DNA of 64,000 nt from a virus: positions 6,949-70,948 of the IMG/VR virus record IMGVR_UViG_3300047316_000726; one strand, given 5' to 3'. Of this stretch, positions 9,066-19,609 are shown in pieces. The notes under the pieces were generated by a model. That model was not told the origin of the DNA, did not search any database, and worked only from the letters and a program-made list of their open reading frames with translations. Positions within the stretch are counted from its first letter, which is position 1. Each line of letters opens with the position of its first letter. Made by a program: the position numbers and the translations under genes.

Positions 9066-9638
9066 CTAGTAAGGGGCGTCCCATCGGGCGCTGAGGTAGG
9101 TTCCCGGTACCGCGCTCAGCAGGTTCAATGCGCCACCAGAGCTTTGGTAGATGTACCCGTAGACGGTGGCCCCTGCCGCGAGATGCTTGTATGCCTGGAC
9201 CTGGAACCAGATCGACCCGGACGCCGCCGAGTTCTGGAAATCGTTCTTGGCTACGGAGTTCACGCTCTCGGTGAGTCCGTTGACCATGATCCCGCAGTTG
9301 CGTTCGGACAGTGTGCCGCTGGCCCAACTGACCTGCATCAATATCGAGTACCAGCCCGACGTTTGGATTGTCAGCGACGCCGGGGACGACACAACCCACA
9401 TGTTGTCGGTGTTGCTATTGGCAACGTTCCAGGAGATCACCTGGACCGAGTTGTTCGGCATGGACTGGTTCGCGTTGAGCGCGACCTCGATCAGCGGCTT
9501 CGTCGACACAGTACTGGCTGCTGTCTTGCCAGTCGTCAACTGACACAGGGTGTCAATGTTGGTCGAAAGGTTGTTCACGCCCCCCTGGTGCACCACCACG
9601 GAATCGGTGAACGTGGTGAGCGCGGACATTGACGGCAC
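9066..9638 (-). CDS. Minor tail / receptor-binding protein
   Basis: Ser/Thr/Asn-rich beta protein after the large tail protein; TIQTSGWYSI...GIMVNG...HLAAGATV pattern like tail-tip head domains. Confidence 0.65.
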   Translation of the reverse strand: MPSMSALTTFTDSVVVHQGGVNNLSTNIDTLCQLTTGKTAASTVSTKPLIEVALNANQSMPNNSVQVISWNVANSNTDNMWVVSSPASLTIQTSGWYSILMQVSWASGTLSERNCGIMVNGLTESVNSVAKNDFQNSAASGSIWFQVQAYKHLAAGATVYGYIYQSSGGALNLLSAVPGTYLSARWDAPY

Positions 9639-9647
9639 AGGGACCCC

Positions 9648-12137
9648 CTAATAGATCGGGACGGTTGTGACGCCCATGACGCTGTACGTCGAATCGCCCA
9701 TTACCCACGCTGATGGCACGAACACGGGGGACAATTGCAGGTCTATTGTCCAGTACGGTGTCGACGAGTTGATGTTGATCGAGTGGTTGATCTGTTCCAC
9801 GTAGTAGTTGCCGCTGATCGTGACTCCGTTGACGCGGCGAGTGACCGTCACCCGCTGCGAGATCTCCAGGGCCAGTACGACGGGCCACATCCCCGCGTTG
9901 CCCAACGGGTTCAAGGTGAGCTTCCGAATTCGGGCTTTCGGGGTGCCGTATCGTTGCAGGTAGAAGATTGCTGCCTGCCCAAGGTCGAAGTCGGTGTTGA
10001 CCTGCAACTGCTGCGTCAGAATCCGCTGTCCGTACGCGGCCTGTGAGGTCGCGTTCATTTGCGGCGCGTACATCTGGTTTGCGGGTCGACCCAGGTTCGC
10101 CTGTGAGTACACGTAAGTTGGGTCGAGGTCGTACTCGAGGTTCTCGTACGGCAGTTCGCCGATCCCGTCGCCAAAGGTTGCGACGCTGGATTGTGTCGCG
10201 TACCTGCCGGATCGGTCTTCGAACACAATCACGCCAGTCCGGTCGGCATACACCAGCCCGTTCTCGGTGTTGCAGATTTCCTGCAGCACGTCCAGCATGC
10301 TGCGTGTGGTGTACCCGAAATCGGCCGCCAGCTGGATGTAGCCAGCCGCAACAGACTTGGGGCCACCCCAGTACTGGGTGAGCAGGCGCGCGACCCTAGT
10401 GCCCGACAGTTCCCCGATGTAACCGATACCTCGCTGGTAGTGCGCGGCCCGGGTGGTCGAGCCGATATCTCGGGTGTAGACCGCGACACGGGACGCCGAC
10501 ATCTGAGCCTGCGCTGAGCCGAGTCCCGTATAGCCGTTGAACTCGACGGTGTTGAACCCGATATTGTGGGCATTGGCGAAAGGTGACGAGATCGCGAGTT
10601 CGACGCCATCCAGGGTCAGGGTGACCCCCGGCGTCCCGCCGCCCAGGTCAGTGAGGGTGATTGCGTAGTAGTGCCAGGCGCCGTCGGCATAGCGATTGAC
10701 CGCGGGGTTCACCTGGTCGAGGGTGTACAACTTGAGGGTAGCCGTATCCTGGTCGTACAAAGAGAAGGCGATCTGTTCGACGATGCCAATGTAGTTGGTG
10801 ATCTCCAGGATGCTGCCCGCGGCCGGAGTCGTGGACGTCAGATCGAACGCCTGGGACAGTTGGAACAGACCCAGAGTTCCAGATATCGCTTTGAACCATC
10901 CCTCCACTGTGGTTCCGGTCGTAGACAGGCTCAGTGGGCTGCCGATCATCTCCAACACGGTCCGGTTATTGGGCACGCCTCCAGTTACCGGAACCGGGTT
11001 GCCGGGGTTCTTCTGCGTAAGTGATACCGCCGGCGTGCCGTCCTGGACACTGTCACCGGTCCACTGGATCGACCCGTTGGACGAGTTCGGCAGCTCATAC
11101 GGCACGAACGACTCGGTTTTGATTCCCCCTAGCGCACCCTGCACCGATGAAGTTTTGTTGTTGAGCGGCAGGTAGAACCGCGGGCTGTCACCGGTGATCG
11201 TGAGGTCATAGCCCTGCGAGATCGCCGCCCTCGACAGCGGCGCCAGCGCGTCCACGCACTCCAGCGGCCGCACACCCCGAAATCCCTGGTCGGTCCACGT
11301 CTGCGGCCAGCGCTCGACGTAGCCGGTGTAGATCGGGTACAGCTTCGGCCCGCTGGTCGTGAACGCACTGGCCGCTACCCCGAACTCGAGCTGGGTCGCA
11401 TCCACATAGAACGTCGGCGTCGCCGTCACGCTGCCGTAGACGGTGACGGCCTCAAGGGTGTCAACACAGTTCCACGTGATCGACAGCCGGGTCCATGTGT
11501 TCTGTGTGGACGCCGTGGCCGATGTGTGAATGACACCGCCGTCGTCGGCGACCTGCGCGGTGACCGAGCATCCACCGGTGGGATAGACGTAGACGGAGAA
11601 CGTGTAGGTGATCGGCGGGGTCGTGGGGAACGTGTTGACCACGCCACGGGTGACGCCAGCGGAGGACTGGGTGACCAACAGGCTCTTGGTGCCCGAGAAA
11701 TGCTGGGCGCTGGACACAACGCAGGTGGTGGTTCCACCTGCTGGCGCCCATAGGCCGGTGGTGGTCTCGAAACTCGGGTCGTAGCCGGTGTTGACACCGG
11801 AGTTGATGATGTTGCCGCTCCCGACCGCGGTCGGCCACATCACGGGAATCTGAACACACCGGTACGGCAGGATCGTCTGTGCGCCCGAGTTGAAGACGCT
11901 GCCGGTGTTGCTGGGGTTGAGCTGCTCCTGCGGGTCAAGAACCGTGACCTGCGCGGTCCCAGCCTCGCAGACCGCGAGTTCGTACTGGCGGCCACGTCCT
12001 GTGGCGACCTGTCCGATCCCCAACCCGCGGCGTTGCAAGCTCATCCGCGCCGCGCCGGGCAGGTTCGGCGGCCCCTGCGTGTTGTCGACCTGCACATCCA
12101 CCAACGGCCACGACGAATTGGGCAAGATCGTGGCCAT
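9648..12137 (-). CDS. Large minor tail protein with CBM-like and LamG/concanavalin-like inserts
   Basis: Directly after tape measure; PSFE...W...G.KSL...YTFSVYV...FYVDA.QLE (CBM4/9-like) and VEGWFK...DGAWHYYAIT..LDGV (LamG-like). Confidence 0.75.
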   Translation of the reverse strand: MATILPNSSWPLVDVQVDNTQGPPNLPGAARMSLQRRGLGIGQVATGRGRQYELAVCEAGTAQVTVLDPQEQLNPSNTGSVFNSGAQTILPYRCVQIPVMWPTAVGSGNIINSGVNTGYDPSFETTTGLWAPAGGTTTCVVSSAQHFSGTKSLLVTQSSAGVTRGVVNTFPTTPPITYTFSVYVYPTGGCSVTAQVADDGGVIHTSATASTQNTWTRLSITWNCVDTLEAVTVYGSVTATPTFYVDATQLEFGVAASAFTTSGPKLYPIYTGYVERWPQTWTDQGFRGVRPLECVDALAPLSRAAISQGYDLTITGDSPRFYLPLNNKTSSVQGALGGIKTESFVPYELPNSSNGSIQWTGDSVQDGTPAVSLTQKNPGNPVPVTGGVPNNRTVLEMIGSPLSLSTTGTTVEGWFKAISGTLGLFQLSQAFDLTSTTPAAGSILEITNYIGIVEQIAFSLYDQDTATLKLYTLDQVNPAVNRYADGAWHYYAITLTDLGGGTPGVTLTLDGVELAISSPFANAHNIGFNTVEFNGYTGLGSAQAQMSASRVAVYTRDIGSTTRAAHYQRGIGYIGELSGTRVARLLTQYWGGPKSVAAGYIQLAADFGYTTRSMLDVLQEICNTENGLVYADRTGVIVFEDRSGRYATQSSVATFGDGIGELPYENLEYDLDPTYVYSQANLGRPANQMYAPQMNATSQAAYGQRILTQQLQVNTDFDLGQAAIFYLQRYGTPKARIRKLTLNPLGNAGMWPVVLALEISQRVTVTRRVNGVTISGNYYVEQINHSININSSTPYWTIDLQLSPVFVPSAWVMGDSTYSVMGVTTVPIY

Positions 12138-15100
12138 CAGAACTGCACCGCCGTCCCCTGCCCAAGACCGTTACCGACGTTCCGCCCTGCGTGCTGTAGA
12201 ACGATGTCCTGGATGTAGCGGCGCAGATCCCCTTGGTGCACAAGGTTTCCCTGCACGGTGAGCTGGAACACGATCGGCTGCGCACCGCCGTTTCGACTGC
12301 CGGCCCCTCCGCCGCTGGCGAATGCCGGGTTGAGCGACATGCCTGTGCTCGAGGAGAGCGGGACAGCGCCGACCATGGACGACATGGCTGCGGCGACAGT
12401 GGCCTGCTGCGACATCAGCCCGGTCGCGACCATGCGGCCGACGGTCGCGCCGGCCAATTCCGGCGAACCCTTACCCGAGAGTGGGCCTTCCTTCGCAGGG
12501 CTGTGTGGCAGCCGGTTGCTCATCGCGCCGGCCAGGTTATTCGCGGCCAATTCGACGTTGAGGACCTGTGCGGAAATTCCGCGAGCGAAATTCGCGCCCA
12601 CGCTGCTGCCTGAGGCAAAAGCGGAACCGACCACGCCCCACAGCGGACCCACACCGGTGTTGGCCAACTGGCCTGCGGTGGCGGATACCGTGGGGACGGA
12701 GTTCGCGATTCCTCCGGCGTAGTTGTTACCAACAGCGGCCCCGGCAGTGCCCGCCGCCGGGATCACGCCCCATAGGGGGCCTGTGCCCGAGTTTGCCAGT
12801 TTCCCGGCGCTGGACTGAACCTGCGGTAGCGTATTCGCGATGCCTGTCGCGTAACTATTTCCTGCCGCCGAGCCGGCCGTTCCGGCGGGAGGGGTCGCGC
12901 CATTCATTGTGGCGACCAATCGGCTCACAACCTCGTCTCCTGCCGCGTCCACGGCTTGACGACCGGTCAGGATTCCAGAACCGAACTTGTCCGCGATTGC
13001 GCGCCCGGCTGGCGTGGGGTCAAATAGCCGGAAACTATCGCCGACGTCGCCTGTTACCTTGGTTGCGGCATCCAGTGCGTCCCCGACGGCGTTCTTCATC
13101 CCTTCGGAGAAGTCCCGCGTGGTCTTCATTCCTGCGGTTGTCCAGTGCTGCTCTGAAAATACTTGCTGGATTGATTGCGTTAGTGCGGTTGCCGCGGCGG
13201 TCGTGCCGGAAATCCCAGATCGGATAGCGTCGCTCAGATGTTTCGTGTACGTGTCGCCGATCGAGGCTGCGAATTCTTTGTTGAAGTCGGCTGCGCTGGT
13301 CATGGTGCCGTTGAGAGAGTTGACCGCGTCGGCCCCGGCCTTCGAGGCATCCGTCATATTACTGCCGAGATTTTTGAACGCGTCCCCGAGTTCCCGGAAG
13401 CCCTGCTGCGCTTGGTCCGTGTTACCGGAGGTAATGCCATGCATGATGTCTTGAAGGGCATTGAATCCCATGCCCACGGACGTGACCGCGTTGATGATCA
13501 ACTGAAGGGCGTTCGACACACCCTTAGCGAAAGCGTCCATCGTGTCCTTGTTGCTGACGATGGTGTTGATGCTATCGAGGAAGTCCTTCAGCTTCGGCAG
13601 GACGGCTGTGCCGATCTTGATGGCGAGCGATTCGAGGGTGCCCTTGAACTCCGAGAACTTCTGGTTGAAAGTGGACTGCACATCAGACCACCCCTTGACG
13701 CTGCCATCTGCCTCTGTGGCGGCACCGGCGACGGCCCTGATCGCCGTGTTCGTTGTGTCTGCGTTCTCGCCGGTCAGCATCAGCGCCGTGTTCAACGTGG
13801 TGGAGTCGCCGGTAGCCCGCTTGAGGGCGTCCGCGAACGCGAGTGCGTCGGGGTTGCCCTGCTTGAGCATCGTCGAGAAACCGGTAGCCCGGTTCGCGGT
13901 CGTCTCGAACTGCTTGCCCAGGTTTGCCATCTCCGGCGGCAAACCCTTGATGGCCTTCGTCAGATCGCCTGCGGAAACGGAACCCTTCAGGTATTCCTGG
14001 GCCACGTTCTTGACCGACGCGGGCATCTTGTCCATCATCTGCTGGAGAGCCTGCGCCGCATCCTTGGAGTCGTTGAATGCATTGACAACAATTTTCCCGG
14101 CCGGGCCCATGTGGTCGGAGATGGTCTTCTCGATCAATTGCAGCGTGCCTGACAAGCCGCGTTCGCCCAGCTTGGACGACAGGTCCTGGGCGGACAAACC
14201 CAGCTCGCCGAGCATGTCGCGCTGTCCCTGTGTAGTGGTTTGCAGGTGCTGAATTGTGTGCGCCAGGTTTTGTGACGCCTGATCGGCCGACATTCCGTGG
14301 ATTGTCATGCTGGCGAGGTCGCCAAGGATGTCGTTCAGAGAGATGTGGCTGGCGGAAGCGACCGGAAGCACAGAGTGCAATGCGCCGGTGAATTCTTCGA
14401 ATGTAGACTTTCCGGCGCCGACCGCGGCGACGAGTTTGCTCGTGACCAGCGCGGAGTCTTCCGCCTTGAGGTGATAGTCCTGCAATACGCTCGTGACTGC
14501 GTCGGTGACTTTCACCAGATCCGCATTCTCGGCCTTGGCGCCCTGTGCCGCCGCTTGCAATACCTTGAGTCCGTCGGCGCCGTGCTGGCCGCCGGACTCG
14601 ACCGTGTACATCGCTTTCGAGAGTTCCTCGGCCGAATACCCGACAGATCCAGCCATCGCAAGGATTCCGTCGCGGACCAGGCCGAGGTTGTCGTGCGTCT
14701 CCCCTGCGGAGGTGACCAGTCGGTTGGTGGATGATTCGAAGTCGGCGGCCATCTTGACCGTGCCCGCGCCGACAGCGACTGCGGCAAGAGCGACACCGAT
14801 GCCGACCTTGCCCAACCGTGCCACCGCGCCGTCGGTGGCCGCCGCGTTCGCGACCGCGGATTCGTCAGTCTTGGCCGCGAGCGCCGTGATGGACTTCGCC
14901 GCGCGGGCGTCCGCGGCTTCCATCTCGGTGGCGACCTTCGCGGTCTCGGCCCGCATCGCCTCCATCGCGGCCGCGTAGTCGACCGCTGCTTTGTCTGCGG
15001 TCGCGGCAACGGACTCCACGGAGGTGTTGAGCCGCAGGACCTCGGCTTCTACAGATGCGGTGAGTTCAGCGGTCGCCGCCGCGACGGCTTCGTTGGCGGC

Positions 15101-15430
15101 GATCTCCTTCGCCGCGGCTTCCTCCGCTGCGGTGGCCGCCGCTGCTTCGGCCGCGGCCATCTGTGCTGCCGCAGCTTCTTGTTCGGCTGCTGCAGCGGCC
15201 GCCCCGGTGCCTCCAACCGCGCCCGCTTCGGCCGCGCCGGCCATCGCCGCCGCGTCGGCGGCGCCTCCGCCACCGATGGACGCCATGCGGGCGTCAAGTT
15301 CGGCGATCTGCACGGTGGTGGCCTCGACGAACGCGGCCATGCGCGCTTCTGCCTCGGTGAGCATCGCGGCATACCCGGCCATGTCCCCAGCCAGCACTGC
15401 CACAACAGGGGCAAGGAATTCCTCAGACAC
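12137..15430 (-). CDS. Tape measure protein (TP901-like core)
   Basis: 1097 aa, Ala-rich helical; AADFES...ELSKAMY...LKVL.AAAQGAKA core; located after the chaperone genes. Confidence 0.9.
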   Translation of the reverse strand: MSEEFLAPVVAVLAGDMAGYAAMLTEAEARMAAFVEATTVQIAELDARMASIGGGGAADAAAMAGAAEAGAVGGTGAAAAAAEQEAAAAQMAAAEAAAATAAEEAAAKEIAANEAVAAATAELTASVEAEVLRLNTSVESVAATADKAAVDYAAAMEAMRAETAKVATEMEAADARAAKSITALAAKTDESAVANAAATDGAVARLGKVGIGVALAAVAVGAGTVKMAADFESSTNRLVTSAGETHDNLGLVRDGILAMAGSVGYSAEELSKAMYTVESGGQHGADGLKVLQAAAQGAKAENADLVKVTDAVTSVLQDYHLKAEDSALVTSKLVAAVGAGKSTFEEFTGALHSVLPVASASHISLNDILGDLASMTIHGMSADQASQNLAHTIQHLQTTTQGQRDMLGELGLSAQDLSSKLGERGLSGTLQLIEKTISDHMGPAGKIVVNAFNDSKDAAQALQQMMDKMPASVKNVAQEYLKGSVSAGDLTKAIKGLPPEMANLGKQFETTANRATGFSTMLKQGNPDALAFADALKRATGDSTTLNTALMLTGENADTTNTAIRAVAGAATEADGSVKGWSDVQSTFNQKFSEFKGTLESLAIKIGTAVLPKLKDFLDSINTIVSNKDTMDAFAKGVSNALQLIINAVTSVGMGFNALQDIMHGITSGNTDQAQQGFRELGDAFKNLGSNMTDASKAGADAVNSLNGTMTSAADFNKEFAASIGDTYTKHLSDAIRSGISGTTAAATALTQSIQQVFSEQHWTTAGMKTTRDFSEGMKNAVGDALDAATKVTGDVGDSFRLFDPTPAGRAIADKFGSGILTGRQAVDAAGDEVVSRLVATMNGATPPAGTAGSAAGNSYATGIANTLPQVQSSAGKLANSGTGPLWGVIPAAGTAGAAVGNNYAGGIANSVPTVSATAGQLANTGVGPLWGVVGSAFASGSSVGANFARGISAQVLNVELAANNLAGAMSNRLPHSPAKEGPLSGKGSPELAGATVGRMVATGLMSQQATVAAAMSSMVGAVPLSSSTGMSLNPAFASGGGAGSRNGGAQPIVFQLTVQGNLVHQGDLRRYIQDIVLQHAGRNVGNGLGQGTAVQF

Positions 15431-15436
15431 GGTCGG

Positions 15437-15886
15437 TCACCTCCCGATGCCGGTGGCCGACCACATGGCCCGGAAGATCGCGCGGAGTTTCGGTCTCGCC
15501 TTGGCCAGACCTGGGGCCACGTAGGGCCGAGCGGGCAGGTGTGCGCCGTGTCCCGCGGTGCCGCCGAGTTCGTGGATCCGCGAGTACGGGGCGGTCGGCC
15601 CGACCTTCGCTTCGGCTCGGGTGAGACCGATTGGTGTGGCGGGAGTGGCTCGAACCGATGCCTTCAACCGGCCGGTGATCATCGCCGGGGGCTCACCTGG
15701 CGACGACGGTGTCTTCGTGCCCTTCGCGTGTTCCTTCAGCATCAACTGGTCGACGATGTCTTCGCGGACCTGTTTGGCCGCGGCATCGACAGCGAGAACC
15801 GTGGCGGCACGCTTCTCGATCTGCATGGACCGCAGGCACTCTTGGAATCCGCTGACACCACGCCATTCCAGAGCCACCACACCCAC
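15437..15886 (-). CDS. HK97 gp10-like tail/neck protein
   Basis: SSPGEPPAMITGRLKASV...YSRIHELGG...LPARPYVAP motif. Confidence 0.75.
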   Translation of the reverse strand: MGVVALEWRGVSGFQECLRSMQIEKRAATVLAVDAAAKQVREDIVDQLMLKEHAKGTKTPSSPGEPPAMITGRLKASVRATPATPIGLTRAEAKVGPTAPYSRIHELGGTAGHGAHLPARPYVAPGLAKARPKLRAIFRAMWSATGIGR

Positions 15887-15907
15887 CCCGTTCCGTGCTG
15901 GCAGGGG

Positions 15908-16147
15908 CTACGGGGGGCGGTTGGTGTCGTGTGCGGCCTCGGCACGGACGGCGGCGACCGTGGGGATTCGGGCCACCAGCCACGCCGGGAGGTCGGCCTT
16001 CTGCGCGGGGGTGAGGTGGTACTCGCGCAGCCACCACTCGGCGTCAGCGGCCCGCTCGAGCAGTTCGGGCTCGCCGGGGTGAGGTGGGTTGTTGTCGAAA
16101 CTCCAGCCCGCGAACCGTGCTCTCAGTCGTTCGCGGGCGCGGTAGGG
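15908..16147 (-). CDS. Tail assembly chaperone C-terminal extension (-1 frame, G/GT-like)
   Basis: Protein-like -1 frame (PYRARERLRARF...WWLREYHLTPAQ..DLPAWL) with no start of its own, overlapping the chaperone 3' end. Confidence 0.6.
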   Translation of the reverse strand, partial: PYRARERLRARFAGWSFDNNPPHPGEPELLERAADAEWWLREYHLTPAQKADLPAWLVARIPTVAAVRAEAAHDTNRPP

Positions 16148-16491
16148 GACGCGGGATCGTCGTGGTCGTCGACGGAGGCAGGCTTGGGGAACAACATTTC
16201 CCGCGCCTTGAGGATGTATGGATCCAAGGCATCGGCGTCGCGGATCTTCAATTCCCGCAGCAGCGCGGGATTGTCCGCGGGGAGTGCGTCGGGGTCGGGA
16301 AGGTAGGGGATGTGCCATGCCGCGATGAGCGCGAGCTTGAGGCCGGTGACCAGGTCCCAGCCGAAATGCAGTGGCTTCCCGGCGTCGAACTTTCCGAGTC
16401 GACGTTGGACGTCTTCGCGGTCGCCGTCGCGGAGGTCCTCGGGATCTCTGAGCTCGACCCAGCCCCCTGAGGGCAGTTCGACACGGTCCAT
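16123..16491 (-). CDS. Tail assembly chaperone
   Basis: Small acidic protein right after the tail tube gene. Confidence 0.75.
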   Translation of the reverse strand: MDRVELPSGGWVELRDPEDLRDGDREDVQRRLGKFDAGKPLHFGWDLVTGLKLALIAAWHIPYLPDPDALPADNPALLRELKIRDADALDPYILKAREMLFPKPASVDDHDDPASPTAPAND

Positions 16492-16503
16492 GGCGGAGGG
16501 TCC

Positions 16504-17775
16504 TTACTGGTAGGTGTTGGGGGTGGTGGCGTTGGTGACGGTGGCTTTGACGGGGGATCCGCCGCCGGATCCGCCTGCGTTGGTGGTGTTGGTGATGCCG
16601 TCCCACATGATCTTGTAGCGGATGTTCTCCTTGGAGGCGTCCATCTTCGCGGCGTTGTAGGAGGCCTGGTTGGCGTCGATCTGGAGCTGGATGAGGTTCG
16701 CGCCGGCGAGTCCGTTCCCGACGAGTGCCTGGAACTGCGGCTGCGAATTGTTGATCATGTTGAGGTACTGGGACTCACTGTCCGCAATGATCTCCATCTC
16801 GCCGGCCACATCCACCGCACCGCGCTGGATGATGTACGGCGTCTGCACACCAGACAACGTCCAGTCAGGCTCAAGCTTCCGCTTGAACGTCAGCTTCAAA
16901 CTGGGCAGCGCGTTCACCTTCGTGCCACCCGACGCCGGACCGCCAATACCCACCGCGCCACGCCACGAGGCGATCGGCAGCACCGACGACGGCGCCGACA
17001 CCGGCAGCGCAGGAGCGATCACCGACGGCCAGCTCTGCCACTTCGAGTCGAACTGCACGAGCGACGACTCCGCGTTGAACATCAACGACAGCTCCGAGCA
17101 GCACGCCCCCGGGAACTGCCGGGCCCCGACCGTCGCGGTCACGCCCTGGTAGTGGGTGATCGTGTGCGTCGGAGGCTGACCCTGCCCGTACACCGCGGTA
17201 GCGCCAGAGTTGAGCACGCTGAACGCTGAGGTGTATGGGGCGGTCACCGCGGTCACCGCGACACCTGAGGTGTGCGGGTACAGCAACGACCTTTCCCCGG
17301 CGGCGAACGGGATCGTGTACGGACCTGCGCCGCTGGGCGTACCGGTCTTGCGGATCTCAGCCAGCGCACCGGTGTCGATCTGGATAATCGTCCCCAAAGG
17401 GATGGACGCCGCGGTCGTGATCGACGTGATCGGCGCACCCACCGTCGGCGTTGCTGTCGTGGCCGACAGAGTCGTGGTCGGAGTCGTCGTCGTCCCCGTC
17501 GGAACCAGATCCCCGAACAGGTTCGACAGTACGAACGGCAGCACGTCGCCGAAGAAGTTCCCCGACATCGAGAAGTCGTTGATGAGGGGACCGACCTGAC
17601 GGCCAGCCAGGGGCGACATCCACTGCCGCCAGCCCTTGTCATCCAACCACTTGGGCTTGTCCTCCCAGTCGAACTTTTCGACGATCATGGTGTTGCTCAT
17701 CGCGATGGGTGTTCCGGGCGTCGCCTCCAAGGCGATGCCCACGAACTGCCTGGCGGATGCGTAAGTCGCTGGCAC
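16504..17775 (-). CDS. Major tail (tube) protein with internal insertion
   Basis: FVGIALEATPGTP N-terminus, RQFPGACCSELSL...RGAVDVAGEME, position before the chaperone. Confidence 0.8.
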   Translation of the reverse strand: MPATYASARQFVGIALEATPGTPIAMSNTMIVEKFDWEDKPKWLDDKGWRQWMSPLAGRQVGPLINDFSMSGNFFGDVLPFVLSNLFGDLVPTGTTTTPTTTLSATTATPTVGAPITSITTAASIPLGTIIQIDTGALAEIRKTGTPSGAGPYTIPFAAGERSLLYPHTSGVAVTAVTAPYTSAFSVLNSGATAVYGQGQPPTHTITHYQGVTATVGARQFPGACCSELSLMFNAESSLVQFDSKWQSWPSVIAPALPVSAPSSVLPIASWRGAVGIGGPASGGTKVNALPSLKLTFKRKLEPDWTLSGVQTPYIIQRGAVDVAGEMEIIADSESQYLNMINNSQPQFQALVGNGLAGANLIQLQIDANQASYNAAKMDASKENIRYKIMWDGITNTTNAGGSGGGSPVKATVTNATTPNTYQ

Positions 17776-17778
17776 AGC

Positions 17779-18111
17779 TCACTCCTCAGTGTTCTGGTCG
17801 CTCACAGCAGGAGCGGGCTCGGGCTCAGGGACTGGCTCCCAGTTCGTGTCCGGAGGACCATCCGGCCAGGCAACAACCTGACCCGGCTCGATCCACTGGG
17901 ACACCCGATCTGGGGTCGTATAGGCACACGCGTACGCACCGGTGAACCGAGACAGGCTGGCAGCGGGTACCGCGCCGGCGGTTGTAGCCGTCGATGGCGC
18001 GGTGCGCAGCACAGTCAAGCCGTCTGCCCCATGCATTCCGCCGGCATCAACCGCGTGCATGTCCTCGTCCTGCAACGACTCGGCGGCAGGCGGGCGTGAT
18101 TTGCTGGGCAT
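17779..18111 (-). CDS. Hypothetical virion-module protein
   Basis: Operon packing. Confidence 0.55.
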   Translation of the reverse strand: MPSKSRPPAAESLQDEDMHAVDAGGMHGADGLTVLRTAPSTATTAGAVPAASLSRFTGAYACAYTTPDRVSQWIEPGQVVAWPDGPPDTNWEPVPEPEPAPAVSDQNTEE

Positions 18112-18120
18112 CGAGGCTCC

Positions 18121-18666
18121 CTAGGCGATGATGTACTCGTGGGCTTCGAACGACACCGGCAGCAACGCCTCTGTCCGTTCCGCTGTGGACTCGACTTCGC
18201 TGTCACTCCACCGGATCCAGGGCTCGCCGCCCTCACCGACCTGGAATCCACCGTTCTCGATCCCACCGGAACCACAGGTGCGGTCGGCGTGAATGCGGGC
18301 CCGGATCGCGTCCTGCAGCGCGTACAGCGCGTCTTGGACGTCCTCGGCGTACGGGGCGGATGACCGGATCAGGCATAGCATCTCGACCGAATGGGAGACC
18401 CGCTTCAACCCTGCGGTGGCCCCACCGAAGCCCACACGGGACTCCACGCCGGGCTTCAAGAAGAAGAACATCTGACAGCCGATCCCCGTGCCCGGTGCGC
18501 CGAGGAAGTAGTCGGCTTGGTCGAAACGTTTTGGCTTGGCGCGGCGGACCGCGCCCATCGTCAGCCCCGGCACGCTCAACGCGGGTGTGCGGTAGGAGTG
18601 GGACTTCCAATCGTAGGCGCCACCGAAGTAGACGCACAGCTGGTTGACGACACTGACCGCCGTCAT
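18121..18666 (-). CDS. Tail terminator-like protein
   Basis: Position; C-terminal DAIRARIHADRTCG motif seen in neck proteins. Confidence 0.55.
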   Translation of the reverse strand: MTAVSVVNQLCVYFGGAYDWKSHSYRTPALSVPGLTMGAVRRAKPKRFDQADYFLGAPGTGIGCQMFFFLKPGVESRVGFGGATAGLKRVSHSVEMLCLIRSSAPYAEDVQDALYALQDAIRARIHADRTCGSGGIENGGFQVGEGGEPWIRWSDSEVESTAERTEALLPVSFEAHEYIIA

Positions 18667-18715
18667 CACCTCACCCCGATTCCCGTGGCGTGAGAAGGAC
18701 AACTGACAGGCAGCG

Positions 18716-19609
18716 TCAGATGGTGCGCCGGTAGCGCTGAAGCAGTTGCTGCGCTTCGAAAACCAGCCCCGAGCCGTCTTTGCGAGAGTCGGCCAGTCGA
18801 GTGGACACACCGCCGCGCATGTCGGGGAACGCGTCCTCCGCGCTGGTGTCCGGTCGCATGAGCATCGCGATCGCGTAGTACGCGGTGGCTTGCGTAATGT
18901 CGTCGCCGGCCGCCGTCAACCGCACCGGGCCTGCCGTCGACGAGTGCGAGTTGAGCAGGCCTGCCGCCAGCGGCACTGTCGCGGCCCCAGTTGTCGGAGT
19001 CCAGGTGGTCGCCACGTACACGGTCTCGTCCGAGCCCGGGTCGTAGATCCGCAGCGGTTGCCCCGGTTGGATACCGATCGCATCCATCACCGGCAGCGCG
19101 ACAGCGGACGCGGTCACATTGGTGGCGAGCAACGTGTTGGCGAACCCGGCGGTGTAGTTCCAGATGGTGTACAGCTCGGCGCCGGGCGCGGGAGGCCCGA
19201 ACTGCAGCGAACCCGACCACTGCGATGTGCCCGCCTGGAGATCGACGACGACGTTGCGCAGGTCCTCGACGAACACCGACGGGTTGAGATAGGTGCTGAT
19301 CTGCCCCATCGTCCGGCCGTACCCGACCGACTGCACCGAGATGACCGGGATGTGGTCCGGGTGCCACAACAGACGCCCGTACCTGTCTGGGCGCATCCGC
19401 TTGTTCTCGACCCTGAGATGGGCGGTGAGCGTGCCGTCCGCGCCGAGTTCGCAGTGCCCGTCAACGAACTGGGAGGCCATCAACAGGATCTTGTTGAGCA
19501 CCGACGTCTGGTGCGCCAACTCGGAATCGTTCGAGCGGAGATTCAACAGGTCCAAGAACGTGGGGTACTCAACGAACTCGCTGGTCGTGATGTACGGGAC
19601 CGTGAGCAC
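18716..19609 (-). CDS. Head-tail adaptor with inserted beta domain
   Basis: N-terminal PYITTSEF..PT.LDL..L...ILLMASQFVDGHC and C-terminal DITQATAYYA..LM, typical of adaptors. Confidence 0.7.
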   Translation of the reverse strand: MLTVPYITTSEFVEYPTFLDLLNLRSNDSELAHQTSVLNKILLMASQFVDGHCELGADGTLTAHLRVENKRMRPDRYGRLLWHPDHIPVISVQSVGYGRTMGQISTYLNPSVFVEDLRNVVVDLQAGTSQWSGSLQFGPPAPGAELYTIWNYTAGFANTLLATNVTASAVALPVMDAIGIQPGQPLRIYDPGSDETVYVATTWTPTTGAATVPLAAGLLNSHSSTAGPVRLTAAGDDITQATAYYAIAMLMRPDTSAEDAFPDMRGGVSTRLADSRKDGSGLVFEAQQLLQRYRRTI

